Positions 58,886 to 64,000 of a DNA stretch of 64,000 bases are shown piece after piece. A program made the position numbers and the translations under genes. The DNA lies in contig JBBDQZ010000076.1 of the NCBI GenBank assembly GCA_040905705.1, positions 1,403 through 65,402 on the forward strand, in the 5' to 3' direction. The notes under the pieces were generated by a model that did no database searches, was not told where the DNA came from, and worked only from the letters and a program-made list of their open reading frames with translations. Source of the DNA: Balneolales bacterium. GTDB lineage: Bacteria > Bacteroidota > Rhodothermia > Balneolales > Natronogracilivirgulaceae. Every line of letters begins with the position of its first letter. Within the stretch, counting starts at the first letter, position 1.

Positions 58886-59350
58886 TTAGTTCCAATTGGT
58901 TGCGTTCAAATACGTGGTTCGTTCAAGCGAACCGATGGCGTCATCGGTATCCGGATCTTCCAGTAAATAGATATTGGGCCTTAGTGTATCGTTCAATGTA
59001 TATTGAAACCGGTTACCGGTTCGAGGAGAAAAGACTATAGAATCGGGATTGTATTGATCAGGAGGCATGAAAGCAAACAGAGAGTCTCCCATTGCAATCA
59101 TATCATCATCGGTTTTCAACCAGGTTATCAGATCATCAAGCGATTCGGGAAATTCACCTTCCCTGCGCTGATGTTCAACCAGTGCATCGCGCACGACGGA
59201 CATTCGGTGTCGTACATTATTGGTTATTTCTCTTTGTTCAATGACTTGTTCATACGGGCTTACTATGGAATCGTACAATAACCATGCAAGAACTATAATT
59301 ATTATAGCCAGTATGCTACTGATAATCTTGTTTCGGGCATCAATATTCAT
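58886..59350 (-). CDS. Membrane-anchored hypothetical protein (154 aa), pseudopilin-like outline
   Basis: Single N-terminal TM (IISSILAIIIIVLAWLL) followed by a helical segment ending in EGEFPESLDDL. It lies 10 nt upstream of the next gene. Confidence 0.55.
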   Translation of the reverse strand: MNIDARNKIISSILAIIIIVLAWLLYDSIVSPYEQVIEQREITNNVRHRMSVVRDALVEHQRREGEFPESLDDLITWLKTDDDMIAMGDSLFAFMPPDQYNPDSIVFSPRTGNRFQYTLNDTLRPNIYLLEDPDTDDAIGSLERTTYLNATNWN

Positions 59351-59730
59351 TCATTCATTATAAAGGGTGCTGAATTTCTGTTCGAATATGTTTAAAGCAT
59401 ACTCAAAAGACGAAAATACATCCGACTGTGAAGATATGCAACTGAACATTCAATGTTGAGGGGATTTGTTGGAATCTTGCCGCTCTGTTCAGATCTTGTA
59501 ATTTCCACGGAGAATGCTTTTCCCTTGAAAATGAGCACAGGTGTTGTTAATAATAGTACCCGTATCTACTGATGATAAAAGCTGTTAATCCGGATTATAT
59601 GGGGCCATATCGCGTAATGTTTTCCTGGCGGAAGTAGTTCGGATGACGGAAATATGCTGGGTTTTTTGTATGTTTAAAAGTTGTAACACGAATTGAATTT
59701 TAAATTTACTTATGTCAAATTGAATACAAA

Positions 59731-60090
59731 ATGCTCTATAGAGAAAAATTTTTTTACCTCTGCCATATTCCATTGAGTGCTGAAGGCCCGAGGGATGTAG
59801 AAATAGTTGATAAAGCTGGCGATTCCGAAGCATTTCCGGCGCTTTTTAAGAAATACGAAGAACTCAGGGCACATGCTTGTAATGAAGACGGGCTATATAG
59901 TGTGATTCGCGCAGATGCTATTTATATTTTATTACGTACAACGACTATTGAACAGGCCAAAACAGATGCATTTGAAGAGGCACGTGCCAGCCTGATTACT
60001 AACCTTGAGCACAAAGTCATGCAGGAAAAGGATCAGAATGCGGTACAGATTTTGAGAAATGTTCATAGTGTAGACCTGACCACTTCATAG
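59731..60090 (+). CDS. Hypothetical protein (119 aa)
   Basis: The ORF follows a 380-nt non-coding stretch and is co-directional with the next two genes. I recognise no family. Confidence 0.4.
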   Translation: MLYREKFFYLCHIPLSAEGPRDVEIVDKAGDSEAFPALFKKYEELRAHACNEDGLYSVIRADAIYILLRTTTIEQAKTDAFEEARASLITNLEHKVMQEKDQNAVQILRNVHSVDLTTS

Positions 60091-60130
60091 CACTTTTTCT
60101 TTTGTTGCTATAAGTAACGCTGAATTTATT

Positions 60131-60682
60131 ATGAACCATGGGCACTCTACTTCGGTAAAAAAATACCTGTTACAGCTTTCCGAGGAGATTGTGGATCTTT
60201 CCAATGTGCTGGAATCCGCCGGAACACAAGAGGGTAATCAAAAAGTACATGCATCGGTGTCAAGATTGCGTGGGATCGGTGACGAATTGGTGGATCATCT
60301 GGAATTAACCAGTGGTGATGACCTTGCATTTGTCCAATTCATGATGGGCTCGGTTTGCAGTTTATTGGGATTTTGGGGGAATGCGGAAAAATCTTACCGG
60401 CAGGCACTGGATCACTGGCCTGATCACATTGGAATTCTTAACGAATTGTTTGATGCTCTGGTGGCACAACGAAAATATGATCAGGCGGAAAATATTATCA
60501 TAAAAAGTATGAAATACGGAGGTGAAACACCTCCAATCCTTCGTAATTACGCCGCGATTCTGGTACATCAAAAAAAATTAAATGAAGCAAAAGTGGTAAT
60601 GTTCAATTGTCTGGCCAAATTTCCTGATGATCGGGAAAGCCGCGGGTTCCTGGAAAAGCTCGAGTTATCCTCACGGTGTTAA
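60131..60682 (+). CDS. TPR-repeat protein (183 aa)
   Basis: TPR-like helices in the C-terminal half (AEKSYRQALDHWPDH...; YDQAENII...; LNEAKVVMFNCLAKFPDD). Confidence 0.55.
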   Translation: MNHGHSTSVKKYLLQLSEEIVDLSNVLESAGTQEGNQKVHASVSRLRGIGDELVDHLELTSGDDLAFVQFMMGSVCSLLGFWGNAEKSYRQALDHWPDHIGILNELFDALVAQRKYDQAENIIIKSMKYGGETPPILRNYAAILVHQKKLNEAKVVMFNCLAKFPDDRESRGFLEKLELSSRC

Positions 60683-60692
60683 CCATCCGCTT

Positions 60693-61409
60693 ATGAAGCA
60701 TAAACGACAATTTATTAGCTTGAATGCCCGGGTTCGGGCTGAAGTGATATTTGAGGATGCCTATTTGATCGCCGTGAATAAACCGGCAGGTGTCCTTACC
60801 GTACCCATTCCCGGAATGAGATCTGCCAATCTGCAAGAGTGTCTGAACACCTACCTTGAACCGCAAAAAAAAAGATCAAAAACGGTCCATCGTATAGACC
60901 GGTATACCAGCGGCGTGGTGATTTTTGCTAAAAACCGCAATGCAAGGGCTGATCTGATCGAACAGTTTCGAAATCATGAGCCGGCTCGCATTTATCTTGC
61001 ACTGGTTCGGGGTACTCCTGATCCACCGGAAAACGAACTGGTTCATTACATGAAGCGGGTCAAAGAAGGGTTTCGTAATGTGGTTGTGTCGAAGGATGAT
61101 CCCGAAGGGAGCCGGGCAAGAATGTTGTATCGGGTGTTGGAACGTTACAAAAATACCAGTCTTGTGGAAGTGGCACTCGATACCGGCCTGAAAAATCAGA
61201 TACGTGTACAATTGGCGGAGATTGGCCATCCAACCGTAGGTGACCGGCACTACAGACTTGATGAGCAGGAAGAAAAGTTGATCAACCGGCAAGCCTTGCA
61301 TGCCTCACGCCTTGAATTCAGGCATCCTGTAAATGGCAAGATCATAGGTATAGCCGCACCGATGCCCAAAGATATGAAACGATTGATTGCCAGTTACAAA
61401 AAGCTTTGA
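60693..61409 (+). CDS. RluA-family pseudouridine synthase (no S4 domain)
   Basis: NKPAG..TVP, the catalytic HRIDRYTSGVVIFAKN motif and a final ALHA..L.F.HP block. The ATG at 60693 lies inside an ORF that opens at 60627. Confidence 0.85.
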   Translation: MKHKRQFISLNARVRAEVIFEDAYLIAVNKPAGVLTVPIPGMRSANLQECLNTYLEPQKKRSKTVHRIDRYTSGVVIFAKNRNARADLIEQFRNHEPARIYLALVRGTPDPPENELVHYMKRVKEGFRNVVVSKDDPEGSRARMLYRVLERYKNTSLVEVALDTGLKNQIRVQLAEIGHPTVGDRHYRLDEQEEKLINRQALHASRLEFRHPVNGKIIGIAAPMPKDMKRLIASYKKL

Positions 61410-61526
61410 CAGGATCCTGTGCAGATGAATGACAAAAAATTGCCCGATTCCATAAACGAATGGACATGCTTAAGTGTTTAGATGTAAAGTTGCTGAATAG
61501 TATAAAAAAAAATCAAGGAGCATATT

Positions 61527-62021
61527 ATGAATGCCATTATTGAAAAATCCGACACAAAAATGAATATTGGAATATCTGATGAACACCGTGAAACTATTGC
61601 AAAAGCGCTTGGCCGTTTGCTGGCAAATTCTTACACCCTCTATTTAAAAACTCAGAATTACCATTGGAATGTCACTGGTATGAATTTTCATGCGCTACAC
61701 GAAATGTTTGAAGAACAGTATACCGAGCTTGCTGGTGCGATTGATGAAATTGCCGAGCGTATTCGTGCATTGGGACATTTTGCACCCGGTTCATTCAAAG
61801 CATTTGAAAAAATTTCCAGTGTGACAGATGAGGACGAGGTTCCTGATGAAAGGTCAATGGTACAGAATCTTGTGGTTGATAATGAAACGGTTATCCGCAT
61901 TTCCCGGGAAGTATTGTCGGCTTGCGAAAATGCCGGGGACGAGTCTACACTCGATCTTGTTACCGAACGGCTTAGAAACCATTCAAAAGTAGCATGGATG
62001 TTAAGAAGCCATTTGCAATAA
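61527..62021 (+). CDS. dps: Dps-family DNA-protection/ferritin-like protein
   Basis: LNRLLAN...LY.KT.NYHWNV.G..F..LH..FE..Y......D.IAERI..LG ferroxidase-site pattern. Confidence 0.93.
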   Translation: MNAIIEKSDTKMNIGISDEHRETIAKALGRLLANSYTLYLKTQNYHWNVTGMNFHALHEMFEEQYTELAGAIDEIAERIRALGHFAPGSFKAFEKISSVTDEDEVPDERSMVQNLVVDNETVIRISREVLSACENAGDESTLDLVTERLRNHSKVAWMLRSHLQ

Positions 62022-62186
62022 TCACACCGTGATGGGTTTTTCGTTAACTCATATTCCTAAAAGTAATTCATATATTCAAATATCTGGTTCAAAGAATACT
62101 CCGAGTTTATTTACTAATACTAAAGTCTACAGATTTTATACCGCGAGGCACGCAAAAATCAAGAAAGTTTTAGTCATCGCATTTTT

Positions 62187-63713
62187 TTATTGAGATAGAT
62201 ATAGATAATACAAGGTTGTATCCTTAGTAGGGTCATCAAACTCATCTGGATTCAACTCCGCCTCACCAATTTCTGTACCAAGTCCAATTTTGCCAATGGG
62301 ATGGTTTCCGCCGGTAAAGTATTGTCTTGTGGCAAATTTAACGGAGGGCACCATCCCGGCCGGATCAAGTATCGCCAGGGCCAATATATATTCCCCTTTC
62401 GGTAAGGACCTGTCTGTTGTAAAGGTCCCTTCATTGGTCGTCACCGGGGCGGGAATATCATATTCCCGTGTTTGATCATTCCACTCTTCTCCCGGCATCC
62501 AATCCCGGATGTCAACATCACTAAATTGCTGTTTCCATGTTACTTCTCGAGATTCTGGATCAAGCAAACGCAGCTCCACGGGCCAGTCATAATAAAATGG
62601 GGCCGACCCTGAATTGGTTATGTCAAATGAAACGGTGAACGATTGATCAATTTGTACCATCTTGGGATAGGTTACCTCTTCCAGAAGATAGCGGTATCCA
62701 AACGCCTTTTGGACCTGCTCGGCGCCCGCCTGAACCCTGGGATCAGTGTTATCATACTCGGCTATCCAACCCAGGCCGGTGGCGTGTGTTTTGCGTATCC
62801 AATCTATGACCCATTTTCGGTGAGATGGATCTTGCAAGGTCTCACTTGGATTACTACCAGCTTGTATTTTATAGTCTCCCCAGTTATATGCAACTTCTCC
62901 CTCTATTGGGTGAGTTTCCCATCGATCTGGACACTTTTCCAGCATCTGTTCTCCTTGAGAGTTTATCTGGTCCCAATGAGCAAAAGAATCCCAGTACCAA
63001 CCGAATTGATATTCTTCAAATGTTTCATATGGCCTTCTTACCAGAACCTTTTTATGTTGAAAGGCTGCGGCAAAGGCATCTCCCATCAATTTCTCGATTT
63101 CCTCAGTTGGCGCAGGAGTGTGGTGCTCGCCCCACAATCCAATCAAGCCCATCTGTACCCAGGCGATTCGGGGATCGTTGTCCCAGGCTTCTCCCAGTCG
63201 ATGAATCAGGCGAACAAGCCTTTGTTTAAACTGCTCGCTACTGTATGCTGGGTACATGTCAGTATTGTCGCCGTAACTAAGGCTGTCAAGTTCATTCGGG
63301 CCAGGTTTCATGTCCTCCGGCCAGTATTCATTTCCCGGTTTTGAATCCCAGTCCAGGTAAACCCGGGGAATTACCTTAATATTTTTTTCTGATAATCCTT
63401 TCCACTTTTCATCACTAATCTTTTTGATCTGTTCAATGCCGTCATTTGCATTTCGCTCCAGTTCATTCCACTTTAAATAACTACGAACGATTGTATTATA
63501 ATGATGTTCATTAGGGTCCAAATCTACGTTTGGCCGAAATCCTTTTAGGGGATTGTTAATTCCTCGCTTAAGGGGGGCAGGGTTGATAACCACAATCTGT
63601 TCTTCGTTTTCGAATGTTATTCCTGACTGTGCAAAAAGCACCGAAGATGTAGTTATAATCAGACTTACAATAAATATCAGAACAGCAGTTAACTCTTTTT
63701 TCAACTTTTCCAC
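62187..63713 (-). CDS. Secreted glycoside-hydrolase-like protein (DUF4874/DUF4832-type)
   Basis: Signal peptide, a TIM-barrel-like region with VQMGLIGLWGEHH and a beta-rich C-terminal domain. The family assignment is from memory. Confidence 0.5.
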   Translation of the reverse strand: MEKLKKELTAVLIFIVSLIITTSSVLFAQSGITFENEEQIVVINPAPLKRGINNPLKGFRPNVDLDPNEHHYNTIVRSYLKWNELERNANDGIEQIKKISDEKWKGLSEKNIKVIPRVYLDWDSKPGNEYWPEDMKPGPNELDSLSYGDNTDMYPAYSSEQFKQRLVRLIHRLGEAWDNDPRIAWVQMGLIGLWGEHHTPAPTEEIEKLMGDAFAAAFQHKKVLVRRPYETFEEYQFGWYWDSFAHWDQINSQGEQMLEKCPDRWETHPIEGEVAYNWGDYKIQAGSNPSETLQDPSHRKWVIDWIRKTHATGLGWIAEYDNTDPRVQAGAEQVQKAFGYRYLLEEVTYPKMVQIDQSFTVSFDITNSGSAPFYYDWPVELRLLDPESREVTWKQQFSDVDIRDWMPGEEWNDQTREYDIPAPVTTNEGTFTTDRSLPKGEYILALAILDPAGMVPSVKFATRQYFTGGNHPIGKIGLGTEIGEAELNPDEFDDPTKDTTLYYLYLSQ

Positions 63714-63871
63714 TTTAATTCAACTTTTGATATGCATTGTGAAATTTTATTTTTGCTGCGTTTTTATGGTTGCATATAAGATTCTATGTGTTCTTTTTTA
63801 AAGAATTTTCCAAATCAGTAATGTTGATACTCTTCCATGTCTGACTTGTCCAATATTTAATAATCAATCAC

Positions 63872-64000
63872 TTATATTTTCCGAACCACAATAGCCCAGT
63901 CGGTATTTTTTTCGATCTCCGGGGCTTCAATTAAGCCAGATCCACCCCCTTCAATAGTGGTCTCATACACATATTCCCCGGTTCTGGGATTGAACCATCG
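63872..64000 (-). CDS. C-terminal fragment (42 aa) of a protein truncated by the window edge
   Basis: The frame is open from the window edge to a TAA at 63872-63874 and reads RWFNPRTGEYVYETTIEGGGSGLIEAPEIEKNTDWAIVVRKI. The WFNPRTGE motif recalls the C-terminal beta-sandwich of DUF4038/GH140-type hydrolases. Confidence 0.4.
   Translation of the reverse strand, partial: RWFNPRTGEYVYETTIEGGGSGLIEAPEIEKNTDWAIVVRKI

Overview
This window looks like a gene-dense chromosomal segment from a diderm bacterium of the FCB group (Bacteroidota/Balneolota-like). The lineage call rests on a type IX secretion (T9SS) C-terminal sorting domain, a PorX-type REC+PglZ regulator, a PorQ/PorV-like outer-membrane barrel and many non-ATG starts. 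I can support about 62 CDS, two tRNAs (Arg-ACG, Leu-UAG), a type-A RNase P RNA and three hairpin terminators. I saw no CRISPR array, transposase, integrase, prophage or rRNA genes. Most of the content is housekeeping: ahcY, comEC, punA-divIVA-yggS, nif3, smpB, prfC, tsaE, tig-clpP-clpX, aroC, mlaEFD, ppiD, ribD/ribE, lptD, ftsB, coaD-rsmD and dps. The best candidate for an undescribed system is a tightly coupled three-gene unit at 3591-6163. It encodes a VTC polyphosphate-polymerase-like domain protein, a DUF4956 polytopic membrane protein and an orphan HlyD-type periplasmic adaptor, and it sits just upstream of a T9SS-targeted HExxH metalloprotease. Lesser observations follow. A thiamine pyrophosphokinase is coupled to a sodium:solute symporter. 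An HtrA-like lipoprotein has lost the catalytic His and Asp. Two unrelated zinc-ribbon families have lost their Cys ligands. An orphan PorX and an orphan histidine kinase lie 10 kb apart. A membrane-anchored pilin-like protein and an unknown protein lead the rsmD-coaD operon. All functional calls come from reading the supplied translations against remembered family motifs. No database search was run.
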